Shown here piece after piece: positions 8,385 through 17,475 of a stretch of DNA of 48,363 nt (position 1 is the first letter of the stretch; every line of letters begins with the position of its first letter). A program made the position numbers and the translations under genes. This DNA is from Armatimonadota bacterium (GTDB lineage: Bacteria > Armatimonadota > UBA10988), in the NCBI GenBank assembly GCA_016235455.1, contig JACRKZ010000061.1, positions 1-48,363 on the forward strand, in the 5' to 3' direction. The notes under the pieces are model-generated. The model saw only the letters and a program-made list of their open reading frames with translations, was not told where the DNA came from and did no database searches.

Positions 8385-10403
8385 ATGATTGGTCAGTTGG
8401 TCTGGAGCGCCGCCGTGGCGCTCGCGTTGTTGTTGAGCGGTGGGGCCGTCGGCCGTCACGTTGAGCATGGCGACGACGACGGGCCGTCGGCGGACCTGGA
8501 CACGGGCGCGGTGCGGGTCGTGCTGGCACCTGACGCTGCTGCCGCCGCGGGCGGTCGCTGGTTCCTCGACTCCTCGACCACACCCCATATCAGTGGCGCA
8601 ACCGTCGACAAACTGGCGGTCGGCACGCACATCGTGCGGTTCCGCGCGGTGGCCGGCTATACCGCGCCGGCGGACCAGGCCGTCGTGGTCCGCGAGGAGC
8701 GCACCACCACGGTGACGGGCACCTACCGCGCGGCGACGGCCACCGGCTCGGTCCGGGTCACCTTGGCACCCGCCGCCGCCATCACGGCCGGGGCCCGATG
8801 GCTGCTCGATGCCTCGCCCACCGCGCACGCCAGTGGCGAAGCCGTGGCCGGCCTGGCCGCGGGCACGCACACGATCAAGTTCGTGGCCGTCACGGGCTAC
8901 ACCTCGCCGGCCAGCCAGACTGTCACCGTCTCCGCCAATCAGACGACAGCGGTCACCGGCCTCTATGTCGCTATCGCAGCCACGACCGGCGCGGTCCGCG
9001 TCACCATCGGGCCGGCCGCCGCCGTCACGGCGGGCGCCAAGTGGGTTCTGGACGGCTCGCCCACGCTGCATGCCAGCGGCGATACCGTCAGCAACCTGAT
9101 GAGCAGCGCGCATACCATCCGCTTCACCGCCGTCGCCGGCTACACCACACCGGCCAGCCAGACTGCCACCGTCGCCGCGGGCGCGACCGCCGCGGTCACC
9201 GGCACCTACAGTGTGGTCACCGCGAGCACCGGCTCGGTCCGGGTGACGCTCTCCCCGGCCGCCGCCGTTACGGCGGGGGCCAAGTGGCTGCTCGACGCCG
9301 CCACAGCACAGTACGCCTCTGGCGCGACGGTTGCCAATCTGCCTGCTGGCGCGCACACGATCAGGTTCTCCGCGGTGGCCGGCTACACCACACCCGCCAA
9401 CCAGACCGTCACCGTCGCCGCGGGCGCGACCACCGCGGTCACCGGCACCTACGTCGCCGTGGCGGCCAGTACGGGCTCGATCCGGGTCACGGTGGCGCCT
9501 GCCGCCGCCACGGCGGGGGCCCGGTGGCTGCTCGACTCCTCGGCCACCCCGCACCTCAGCGGTGAGACCGTGGCTAGCCTCGCCGTGGGTACGCACACGA
9601 TCAGGTTCTCTGCGGTGGCCGGCTACACCACGCCCGCCAACCAGACCGTGACGGTCGCCGCGGGCGCGACCACCGCGGTCACCGGCACCTACGTCGCCGT
9701 GGCCCCGAGCACCGGCTCGGTCAAGGTGACGCTGGCGCCGGCCGCGGCTGTCACCGCAGGGGCCAAGTGGCTGCTCGACGCTTCGGCGACGCCGCACGTC
9801 AGTGGTGAGACTGTGGCCAGCCTGGCTGTCGGTACGCACACGGTGAGCTTCGTGGCCGCAACCGGCTACACCACGCCGGCCAGCCAGACCGTGACGGTGG
9901 CCGCGGGCGCGACCACCGCGGTCACCGGCACTTACACCGTCGTCACCCCGAGCGCCGGCTCGGTCAAGGTGACGCTGGCACCTGCCGCGGCTGTCACCGC
10001 AGGGGCCAAGTGGCTGCTCGACGCGTCGACTACGCAGTACGCCAGTGGCGTGACCGTGGCCGGCCTGGCGGCGGGTACCCACACGGTGAAGTTCGTCGCG
10101 GTCGCTGGCTACGCCACGCCGGCCAACGCGACGGTGACGGTGACCGCCGGTGGTACGGCGAGCGCGACGGGGACCTACACGGCGCTGATCTCGTTCGCTA
10201 CGACCATCAGGCCGGTGGCGGCGGCGAACTGCTCCTGCCACGGTAGCACCATGGCCGACTACGCCACGCTCATCTCGAGCGGCCGCGTGGTGAAGGGCAA
10301 CACTGCCGCCAGCTCCTACGTGTCGAGGACATCGATGCAGAGCTACTGGGGCGCCTTCCGACAGACGGTGCTCGACTGGATCAGCCAGGGCGCCAATCCC
10401 TAG
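8385..10403 (+). CDS. Secreted protein with seven PEGA/Ig-like repeats and a C-terminal cytochrome c-like domain (CxCH)
   Basis: GGAGG RBS; signal peptide; repeats of TGSV(R/K)VTL.PAAAVTAGAKWLLD...GTHT..F.AVAGYTTPA.QTVTV.AGATTAVTGTY; C-terminus FATTIRPVAAANCSCHG...SMQ...LDWISQGA. Confidence 0.85.
   Translation: MIGQLVWSAAVALALLLSGGAVGRHVEHGDDDGPSADLDTGAVRVVLAPDAAAAAGGRWFLDSSTTPHISGATVDKLAVGTHIVRFRAVAGYTAPADQAVVVREERTTTVTGTYRAATATGSVRVTLAPAAAITAGARWLLDASPTAHASGEAVAGLAAGTHTIKFVAVTGYTSPASQTVTVSANQTTAVTGLYVAIAATTGAVRVTIGPAAAVTAGAKWVLDGSPTLHASGDTVSNLMSSAHTIRFTAVAGYTTPASQTATVAAGATAAVTGTYSVVTASTGSVRVTLSPAAAVTAGAKWLLDAATAQYASGATVANLPAGAHTIRFSAVAGYTTPANQTVTVAAGATTAVTGTYVAVAASTGSIRVTVAPAAATAGARWLLDSSATPHLSGETVASLAVGTHTIRFSAVAGYTTPANQTVTVAAGATTAVTGTYVAVAPSTGSVKVTLAPAAAVTAGAKWLLDASATPHVSGETVASLAVGTHTVSFVAATGYTTPASQTVTVAAGATTAVTGTYTVVTPSAGSVKVTLAPAAAVTAGAKWLLDASTTQYASGVTVAGLAAGTHTVKFVAVAGYATPANATVTVTAGGTASATGTYTALISFATTIRPVAAANCSCHGSTMADYATLISSGRVVKGNTAASSYVSRTSMQSYWGAFRQTVLDWISQGANP
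8502..10185 (+). repeat. Seven tandem intragenic repeats of 240-243 bp
   Basis: Units begin at 8502, 8742, 8985, 9228, 9471, 9711 and 9954. Confidence 0.92.
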
Positions 10404-10420
10404 CAACCAGCCCACGACCC

Positions 10421-10467
10421 ACGACAACGGCCGCCCCAGGCACTGTGCCTCGGGCGGCCGTTGTCGT
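10421..10467. terminator. Inverted repeat, probable bidirectional terminator between convergent genes
   Basis: ACGACAACGGCCGCCC (10421-10436) pairs with GGGCGGCCGTTGTCGT (10452-10467). Confidence 0.75.
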
Positions 10468-11328
10468 TCAGAACTCACCGCCATAGAAGGCGCGGCGGAA
10501 GCGCTCGGCCAGCCGGCGCGCCACATCGCCGGGCCGGCCTGTGCCGATGGTCTGGCCGTCGATGCTGGTGACGCCGAGGATGTCGAAGCTGGTAGCCATC
10601 AGGATGACCTCGTCGGCGGCCAGCATGGTCGCCCGGTCAAACTGCCGTTCGTGCAGCGTCAGCCCGAGGTCGGCGGCCAGGATGGTGGACAGTTCGCGAG
10701 TCACGCCGGGCAGAATGCGCGGGCCATTGGGGTGAGACCACAGCTCGCCGCCGCTGACGATGGCCAGACTGCTCGACGAGCCTTCGGTGACGATGCCGTC
10801 GGCGCCGACGAAGATGGCCTCATAGCAGCCGCTGGTGCGCGCCTGTTGCTTGGCCATGACGTTGGGCAGCAGGTTGAGCGACTTGATATCGCACCGTCCC
10901 CAGCGCAGGTCGGGCACGGTGAGGCAGGCTACGCCCTGCTCGGCTTGGGCCGGATCGGGCTGCGGCTCCTCGCGCACGCGGATGAGCACGGTCGGCGTGA
11001 GCCCGGTCGGGTCCCAGGCGTGGCTGCGCGGCGCGGCGCCGCGGGTGATCTGCAGGTAAACCACGGTCAGCTCACACTGCGCCCGGCGCACGGCCTCGCG
11101 GATGGTTGCCTCGATCTGGTCGAAGTCGACTCCGACGATGTCGAGCTGCTCGACGGAGCGGCGCAGCCGCCGCCAATGGCGGTCGAAGGCGAACAGGCGC
11201 TCACCCACCCCGCCTATGACCTCGTAGATACCGTCACCAAACAGGAATCCGCGATCGTCGACGGAGACCATCGCCTCGCCGGGCGCGACGAAGTCGCCAT
11301 TGAGCCAGAGAACCTCGGTGCCTGCCAT
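10468..11328 (-). CDS. dat: Class IV PLP aminotransferase, D-amino-acid transaminase-like
   Basis: DRGFLFGDGIYEV, YLQITRG, RWGRCDIKSLNLLPNV (PLP Lys), TEGSSS, ILPGVTR. Confidence 0.85.
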   Translation of the reverse strand: MAGTEVLWLNGDFVAPGEAMVSVDDRGFLFGDGIYEVIGGVGERLFAFDRHWRRLRRSVEQLDIVGVDFDQIEATIREAVRRAQCELTVVYLQITRGAAPRSHAWDPTGLTPTVLIRVREEPQPDPAQAEQGVACLTVPDLRWGRCDIKSLNLLPNVMAKQQARTSGCYEAIFVGADGIVTEGSSSSLAIVSGGELWSHPNGPRILPGVTRELSTILAADLGLTLHERQFDRATMLAADEVILMATSFDILGVTSIDGQTIGTGRPGDVARRLAERFRRAFYGGEF

Positions 11329-11425
11329 GCGTCTTGCCTCGCTGGCTACCCGGTATACCCGAGGATCGCCGCCAGGGCAACCCTCGGCGTGATTGTGCTA
11401 TCATCGCCGCGGCTGAGGGGCCGTC

Positions 11426-12349
11426 ATGAGCGTACGAAACATCACCGTCGAAGTGCCGGCCACATCGGCCAATGTCGGGCCCGGGTTCGATTGCGTAGGC
11501 CTGGCGTTGGGCCTGAGCAACCACGTCAGCGTGGAACTGCTGCCCGGCACGTCGTGCGAGATCGACATCCAGGGCAAGGGCAGCGGCGAGCTGTCGCGCG
11601 GGCCAGACAACCTGGTGCTGGTGGCCATGCGGCATCTGTATGCCAAGGCCGGCTGTGAGTTGCCCGCGGTGCGGCTGGAGCAGCGCAACGGCATCCCGCT
11701 GTGCAGCGGGCTGGGCAGCAGCGCGGCCGCCGAGATCTCCGGGCTGGTGGCGGCCAACGAGCTGCTCGGGCGCCCGTTCTCCCAGCGCGAGCTGTGCCTG
11801 GTGGCCCTGGAGCTCGAGGACCACCCCGACAACATCGTGCCCGCGCTGTGCGGCGGGCTGTGCGTGGCCATCGCGCAGCATGGCGCGGCCGGCTGGGACC
11901 TGGACTACGTGCGGCTGGAGCCGCCGACCGAGCTGACCGCGGTCATCGCCTCACCGAACCTGCGCATCGAGACGGTCGAGAGCCGGCGCCGCCTGCCCAA
12001 CAGCTACAGCCGCGCCGACGCCGTCTACAACACCGCGCGCGCCAGCTTGCTCGTGGCATCGCTGGTGGCCCGCGACTGGGCCGCCCTGGCCGTCGCGCTG
12101 GAGGACAAGTTCCATCAGCCCTACCGCCTGCCGCACATCAAGGGCGCGCAGAGCGTGCTCGACGCCGCCAAGGAGGCCGGCGCGATCGGCGCGGTACTCA
12201 GCGGCTCGGGGCCAACGCTCATGGCGCTGTGTCTGGGCGATGGCCTGGCCGTGGCCGAGGCCATGGAGCGCACCTGGCAGGCAGCCGGGGTGGAGGTCAG
12301 CGTGGCCCCGACGCGGCTCAGCGCATCCGGCGCAAGGGTCGTGGCGTGA
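11426..12349 (+). CDS. thrB: Homoserine kinase
   Basis: VPATSANVGPGFDCVGLAL, IPLCSGLGSSAA, HPDNIVPAL, LSGSGPT. Confidence 0.93.
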   Translation: MSVRNITVEVPATSANVGPGFDCVGLALGLSNHVSVELLPGTSCEIDIQGKGSGELSRGPDNLVLVAMRHLYAKAGCELPAVRLEQRNGIPLCSGLGSSAAAEISGLVAANELLGRPFSQRELCLVALELEDHPDNIVPALCGGLCVAIAQHGAAGWDLDYVRLEPPTELTAVIASPNLRIETVESRRRLPNSYSRADAVYNTARASLLVASLVARDWAALAVALEDKFHQPYRLPHIKGAQSVLDAAKEAGAIGAVLSGSGPTLMALCLGDGLAVAEAMERTWQAAGVEVSVAPTRLSASGARVVA

Positions 12350-13899
12350 GCCGCGAGTCCTCGGCCGACCTGCTCATCATCGGCGGCGGCACAGGTGGCT
12401 GCGCGGCAGCGCTGGCCGCCTGCGAACTGGGGCTGCGCGTCATCCTCACCGAGGAGACCGACTGGCTCGGGGGCCAGTTCACCAGCCAGGGCGTGCCGCC
12501 CGACGAGCACCGCTGGATCGAGAGCCACGGCTGCACCGCTGGCTATCGTCGTCTGCGTGACGGCATCCGCGCCTTCTACCGCGCCAACTACCCGCTGGCC
12601 AGCGACCGCGCGGCGTTGAACCCCGGCGCGGGCTGGGTCTCGGACTTCTGTTGCGAGCCGCGTGTCGCGTTGGCCGCCCTCGAGGCCATGCTCGCGCCCC
12701 ATATCACCGCCGGCCGGCTCGATGTGCGCCTGCGCCATCGGCCGACCGACGCCGAGACCGAGGGCGACCGTGTGGCCGCGGTGACGGTGCTGGACACCGA
12801 CCGCGGCACGTCCCACACGCTCAGCGCACCGCTGGTGGTGGATGCCACGGAGACGGGCGAACTGTTGGCCATGGCCGGCTGCGAGCACGTCACGGGCTCC
12901 GAGGCGCAGAGCCTAACCGGCGAGCCGCACGCCGGGCCGATCGCCCGGCCAGACAACGTCCAGGCCATCACCTGGTGCCTGGCCATGGGCTACGACCCGA
13001 CAGGCGAGCATGTCATCGACCGGCCGGCGACGTACGGGTTCTGGCGCGACTACGTGCCGAGGTTGACGCCGGCCTGGCCGGGCCGACTGCGCGATTGGAC
13101 CTATGCCAACCCGGTCGACCTCAGTCCGCGCCAGGCACGGCTGCTGGCCAGCGAGCCCGAGGCAGCCGGGCCACCGCTATTCACCTACCGCCGCATCGTC
13201 TGCCGAGACACATTTGTGCCGGGCTTCTGCGCCGAGGAGGCCACGCTGGTCAACTGGCCACAGAACGACTACCTGGTCGACAGCGATCCGGCCGACGCGC
13301 GCGAGGTGTCCCTGTCGTTGTTGTACTGGCTACAGACGGAGGCGCCGCGCCCTGACGGCGGCCATGGCTATCCGGGCCTGCGGCCGCGCGGCGACCTGCT
13401 GGGCACGCGCGACGGGCTGGCCAAGGCGCCCTACCACCGGGAGTCGCGCCGCATTCTGGCCGAGTTCACGGTGACGGAGATCCATGTGGGCCAGGCCGCG
13501 CGCGGCAGCCTGGTGGGCGCGGAGCCGTTCGCCGACAGCGTGGGCATCGGCGCCTACCGCATCGACCTGCACCCCACGCTGGGCGGCGACAACTACCTGG
13601 ATGTGGCCAGTTGGCCGTTCCAGATCCCGCTCGGCGCGCTGCTGCCGCGGCGGCTGAACAATCTGCTGCCGGCAGCGAAGAACATCGGCACGACCCATAT
13701 CACCAACGGCTGCTACCGGCTGCACCCCGTGGAGTGGAACATCGGCGAGGCCGTGGGCGCCCTGGCGGCGTTCTGCCTGGGCCGCGGCGAGCCGCCACGA
13801 GCCGTGCGCGCCAAGCCCGCGCTGCTGGCCGACTACCAGCGCCTGCTGTCGGCGCGTGGGGTGGAACTGGCCTGGCCGGCCGAGGTGGCGCCCTTGTAG
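12346..13899 (+). CDS. FAD-dependent oxidoreductase
   Basis: GTGA overlap with the thrB stop; IIGGGTGGCAAA; DATETGE; RESRRI; AKNIGTTHITNGCYRLHPVEWNIGEA. Confidence 0.85.
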   Translation: MSRESSADLLIIGGGTGGCAAALAACELGLRVILTEETDWLGGQFTSQGVPPDEHRWIESHGCTAGYRRLRDGIRAFYRANYPLASDRAALNPGAGWVSDFCCEPRVALAALEAMLAPHITAGRLDVRLRHRPTDAETEGDRVAAVTVLDTDRGTSHTLSAPLVVDATETGELLAMAGCEHVTGSEAQSLTGEPHAGPIARPDNVQAITWCLAMGYDPTGEHVIDRPATYGFWRDYVPRLTPAWPGRLRDWTYANPVDLSPRQARLLASEPEAAGPPLFTYRRIVCRDTFVPGFCAEEATLVNWPQNDYLVDSDPADAREVSLSLLYWLQTEAPRPDGGHGYPGLRPRGDLLGTRDGLAKAPYHRESRRILAEFTVTEIHVGQAARGSLVGAEPFADSVGIGAYRIDLHPTLGGDNYLDVASWPFQIPLGALLPRRLNNLLPAAKNIGTTHITNGCYRLHPVEWNIGEAVGALAAFCLGRGEPPRAVRAKPALLADYQRLLSARGVELAWPAEVAPL

Positions 13900-13934
13900 G
13901 GGCAGGCCTGGTGGCCTACCCCTGGGGTCCGGCG

Positions 13935-15389
13935 CTACTTGGGCAACATGCCATACATGCTGAGCACCGTATGGCCGGTAAGCAGCAGCAGCAGCATCGA
14001 GCCGACTGCCACCAACCCGCCGATCTTGGCCATGTCCGCTGTCGTCACCTCACCGGTACTGTAGGCCAGCGTGTTGGGCGGCGTGGAGACGGGGAAGGTG
14101 ATGCTCATGGCCGATATCAGCGGCAGCACGAAGCCCATCCACAACGGCGACACCGTGCTGACGCCGAGCGCCACGGGCAGGAGCAGGTTGACCGCGACGG
14201 TGTGGCTCATGAACGACGAGATGACGAACATGAACACGCCGAAGATAGCCACCACCACCGCCGGCGAGCGCCCATCGAGCGCCATATGCGTGATGAGCCA
14301 CTTGTCCAGCCCGGTGCTGTGCAGTCCGGTGGACAGCGCGATGCCGCCCGCGATCAGGATCAGCACATTCCATTCCAGCGTGTTCACATCGTCCGCGTCG
14401 ATGATACACAGCGTGGTGAAGACCACCGCCGGCACCAGGGCCACGACCGCGGCCGGGATGTGGTGCAGCGAGCCGGTGAGCCACAGCAGCACGGTCACGC
14501 CGAACACCGCCGCTACGACATAGGCCGTCATCGGCAGCCGGAAGTCCTTGCCTTCATCAAGCTCGATGTGCTTGGTCTTGGGCTTGAAGGCGAAGGTGAG
14601 CAGGAGGTAGGTAAGCACCATGAGCATGAGCATCAGCGGCATGGCCACCATCATCCACTGCGGCACGCTGACCTCGATGGGTGGCGTGAGCCGCCGCAGC
14701 GCACCGACCGCCACGGCGTTGGGCGGGCTGCCGATGGGCGTGCCGATACCGCCGATGCTCGCGGCGAAGGCCACGCCCAGCACCAGCGCCTTGCGGAAGG
14801 GATCGTCGTCGTCCAGCTGTGCCACCAGCGGAGCGGTGATGGCCAGCATCATGGCCGTGGTGGCGGTGGCCGACATCCACATGGCGAACGCCGCGGTGAC
14901 CGCCATCAAGCCCATGAGCACCATCCGGGGCTTGGAGCCGAACAGCTTGAGCATGCCGCGGGCCAGGGCGATGTGCAGTTTGTAGCGTGTGGCCGCGCGG
15001 GCCATGAGGAAGCCGCCGAAGAATAGCACCACGACTGGGTCGGCCACCGCCTCGAAGTACTTCTTGTAGCCGTCGGTGCCCGGCTTGGTGAGCAGCAGCA
15101 CCTCCAGGCCCACGAGCAGCAGCGACGTGGCGAACAGGGGGATGCCCTCGGATACCCACAGGCCGGCGGACAACAGGAAGATGAACGCCGCGCAGCGCAT
15201 CGGGTAGGTCAAGTCTGGGGCCGGCACCGCGAAGGCCAGCGAGGCCACCAGCATGCAGACCGACAGCTTGCGCAGGCGGCGGTTGGCCTCGGTGGCCAAC
15301 ATGCGGAGTACGTCTACCGGCTTGGGGACCGGCCTGTGCGGCGGCCTCTCAGAGCCGCCGAAGAGTGCCAGTTTGGGCAACGTCGCCAT
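13935..15389 (-). CDS. SLC13/DASS family sodium:dicarboxylate/sulfate transporter
   Basis: Many TM helices; MWMSATAT, ASIGGIGTPIGSPPN, FMSHT, PVSTPPN. Confidence 0.9.
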   Translation of the reverse strand: MATLPKLALFGGSERPPHRPVPKPVDVLRMLATEANRRLRKLSVCMLVASLAFAVPAPDLTYPMRCAAFIFLLSAGLWVSEGIPLFATSLLLVGLEVLLLTKPGTDGYKKYFEAVADPVVVLFFGGFLMARAATRYKLHIALARGMLKLFGSKPRMVLMGLMAVTAAFAMWMSATATTAMMLAITAPLVAQLDDDDPFRKALVLGVAFAASIGGIGTPIGSPPNAVAVGALRRLTPPIEVSVPQWMMVAMPLMLMLMVLTYLLLTFAFKPKTKHIELDEGKDFRLPMTAYVVAAVFGVTVLLWLTGSLHHIPAAVVALVPAVVFTTLCIIDADDVNTLEWNVLILIAGGIALSTGLHSTGLDKWLITHMALDGRSPAVVVAIFGVFMFVISSFMSHTVAVNLLLPVALGVSTVSPLWMGFVLPLISAMSITFPVSTPPNTLAYSTGEVTTADMAKIGGLVAVGSMLLLLLTGHTVLSMYGMLPK

Positions 15390-15602
15390 AGTACAGTCCT
15401 CGCCCCACAGGGGTATAGGCACGAGCATGCTGTCCGGTCAACGTCGTCCGACAGCGCGACTGCAGGTACGACACAGCCCGGCGCTTACCGGACTTCAGGC
15501 TAGGCCCAGATCGCCGAATGGTCAAGCCGGCTGCGTGACGCCCATGACAAACGCGTGTTTCCGGACTTGACGCCGACCGGGTCGGCGCGCTATGAAGAGC
15601 GC

Positions 15603-16340
15603 ATGGACGGCTTCCGCTGCCCGAAATGCCACGCGCTGAGCTACCCCGGCCTCATGGGCTTCCCGCGCTGCCATCGCTGCCACGAGCAGCTCCGGCAGTG
15701 CCGCTACTGCGCGCATCAGACCGGCGGGTTGTGTCGCCTCGACGACGCCACACGGCCGCGGCTGCGTTGCGAGGATGGCAAACCGTTCTGCGACGCCTTC
15801 GGCTCGGGCCTGGCCGACAGCTCGCCCGCCGGCCCGCTGCGCCGGCCCTTCAGCGGCGCCGCGCGGGTCACCGCGCTGTCCACGGCAGTGGTCATCGCCA
15901 TGGCCATCCTCGTGGCCATGGCCGCGCAGCGCGAGGCGCTCATCCCCCAGATCGAGGCCAACGAGGCCGCCATCGACCTGCTCGACAACCGCGCCACCGC
16001 GACCTTCAGCATCGTCTCGACCCAGGCCGACGCACGCGACCGGCGTACCGTCTACGTGCGGGTCGACCCAGGCATCGAGGAGTTCTACGTGATCGAGGAG
16101 TACGCGCCCGCCCCGCTCGGCTACGACCAGCGCGACCCGCGGCAACTGCGTTACGAGCTGTCGGGCGACCGGCGCCTGGACTTCTCGGTGACCTTGCTGC
16201 GCCGCGCCGAGGTGGCCACGCCGCGGCAGGCCGCGCTGACCGTGCGCCTGCTCGCCAGCCATGACATGCCGCTGGGCTCGGCGACCGTGCCGATCCGCGC
16301 CGCGGGCGCGGTGCCGCCGCCGACCGGGCGGTTGCCCTAG
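15603..16340 (+). CDS. Hypothetical single-pass membrane protein with Cys-rich N-terminus
   Basis: CPKC, CHRC, CRYC plus further Cys, followed by a hydrophobic helix (VTALSTAVVIAMAILVAM). Confidence 0.65.
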   Translation: MDGFRCPKCHALSYPGLMGFPRCHRCHEQLRQCRYCAHQTGGLCRLDDATRPRLRCEDGKPFCDAFGSGLADSSPAGPLRRPFSGAARVTALSTAVVIAMAILVAMAAQREALIPQIEANEAAIDLLDNRATATFSIVSTQADARDRRTVYVRVDPGIEEFYVIEEYAPAPLGYDQRDPRQLRYELSGDRRLDFSVTLLRRAEVATPRQAALTVRLLASHDMPLGSATVPIRAAGAVPPPTGRLP

Positions 16341-16383
16341 CGCGCACCTTGGCGGATAATGAGGGCCGTCTGGGAGTTGCAGC

Positions 16384-17475
16384 TTGGGTACCGCCTACAC
16401 GCCTGGCCTCACCGTCAACGGCCGCAGCCGCATCGAGAAGCTGCGCCGCCTGCCGCTCAAGGGGCAGGTCGTGGTGCAAGTCGGCGCGCAGGTCATGCCC
16501 GACACCGTCATCGCCCGCACCGAACTGCCCGGCGACGTGGCCCTGGTGCGCGCCGCGGACAAGCTGGGCATCACCGGCGAGGAACTGCTCGGCCTGCTGA
16601 CCAAGCAGGTGGGCGACAGCGTCGCCGAAGGCGAACTGCTGGCCGAGACGCCCGGCCTCTTTGGCCGCTTCTTCCGCAGCCAGCTGACCAGCCCCATCAG
16701 CGGCGTCATCGAGACCATCACGGCCCGGACGGGCAATCTGGCCATCCGCCGTCCGCCGCGCCCGGTCGAACTGACCGCCTATGTGCGCGGCACGGTCAAG
16801 GAAGTGCTGCCCGGCGAAGGCGCGGTCATCGAGACGCTCGGCGCACTGGTCCAGGGCATCTTCGGCATCGGCGGCGAGCGCCACGGCACCCTGTCCGCCG
16901 AGGCCGGCGCTCAGGCCGGCAGCATCATCATCGTGCCCGGCCAGGTGTCCTTGGCGGCCTATCGCCACGCCTGCGACCTGGGCGCCGTGGCCATCGTCGG
17001 CGGCAGCGTGCTCGACAGCGATCTGCGCGCCATCCTCGGCCGCGACATCGGCGTGGCCATCACCGGCGAGGAGGACGTGCCCGCCTCGCTGCTGGTCACC
17101 GAGGGCTTTGGCGACGTGGCCATGGCCAAGCGCACCTGGGCCCTGCTCTCAGGGCTGTTCGGTCGGCAGGCCTCGGTCTCGGGCGCCACGCAGATCCGCG
17201 CCGGTGTTATCCGGCCCGAGATCATCGTGCCCGACCCCGAACTGGTCCTGACTGACACCATCGGCTCCACCGCGTCCGAGCAGGTGCTCGACGCGGGCAC
17301 GGCCATCCGGCTCATCCGCGAGCCCTATTTCGGAGCGCTGGCCACCGTCGACAGCCTGCCGCCCGAGCCCATCGAGATCGGCAGTGGCGCCATGGTGCGC
17401 GTGTTGCGGGCCACGTTGGCCGACGGCAGCCTGGTCACGGTGCCGCGGGCCAACGTGGAGATTGTCGTCGGCTAG
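16384..17475 (+). CDS. Conserved hypothetical protein with barrel-sandwich-hybrid-like and KOW-like segments
   Basis: TTG start after GGGAG; AYTPGL, RRLPLKG.V.V..G, VQGIFGIGGE, TEGFG, IRAGVIRPE, VPRANVE. Confidence 0.75.
   Translation: MGTAYTPGLTVNGRSRIEKLRRLPLKGQVVVQVGAQVMPDTVIARTELPGDVALVRAADKLGITGEELLGLLTKQVGDSVAEGELLAETPGLFGRFFRSQLTSPISGVIETITARTGNLAIRRPPRPVELTAYVRGTVKEVLPGEGAVIETLGALVQGIFGIGGERHGTLSAEAGAQAGSIIIVPGQVSLAAYRHACDLGAVAIVGGSVLDSDLRAILGRDIGVAITGEEDVPASLLVTEGFGDVAMAKRTWALLSGLFGRQASVSGATQIRAGVIRPEIIVPDPELVLTDTIGSTASEQVLDAGTAIRLIREPYFGALATVDSLPPEPIEIGSGAMVRVLRATLADGSLVTVPRANVEIVVG

Noticed and set aside
8502-10185. Repeat array as CRISPR or a mobile element
   Set aside because: Units are 240-243 bp, in frame and protein-coding, with no spacers or cas genes
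15494-15520. Third sigma28-like site (TTCAGG...GCCGAATG)
   Set aside because: The -35 match and spacing are too weak to call
15603-15720. CPKCH and CHRCH (and CPHCH near 19950) as c-type heme motifs
   Set aside because: They lie before the TM helix with no signal peptide and among other CxxC pairs; a cytoplasmic zinc ribbon fits better
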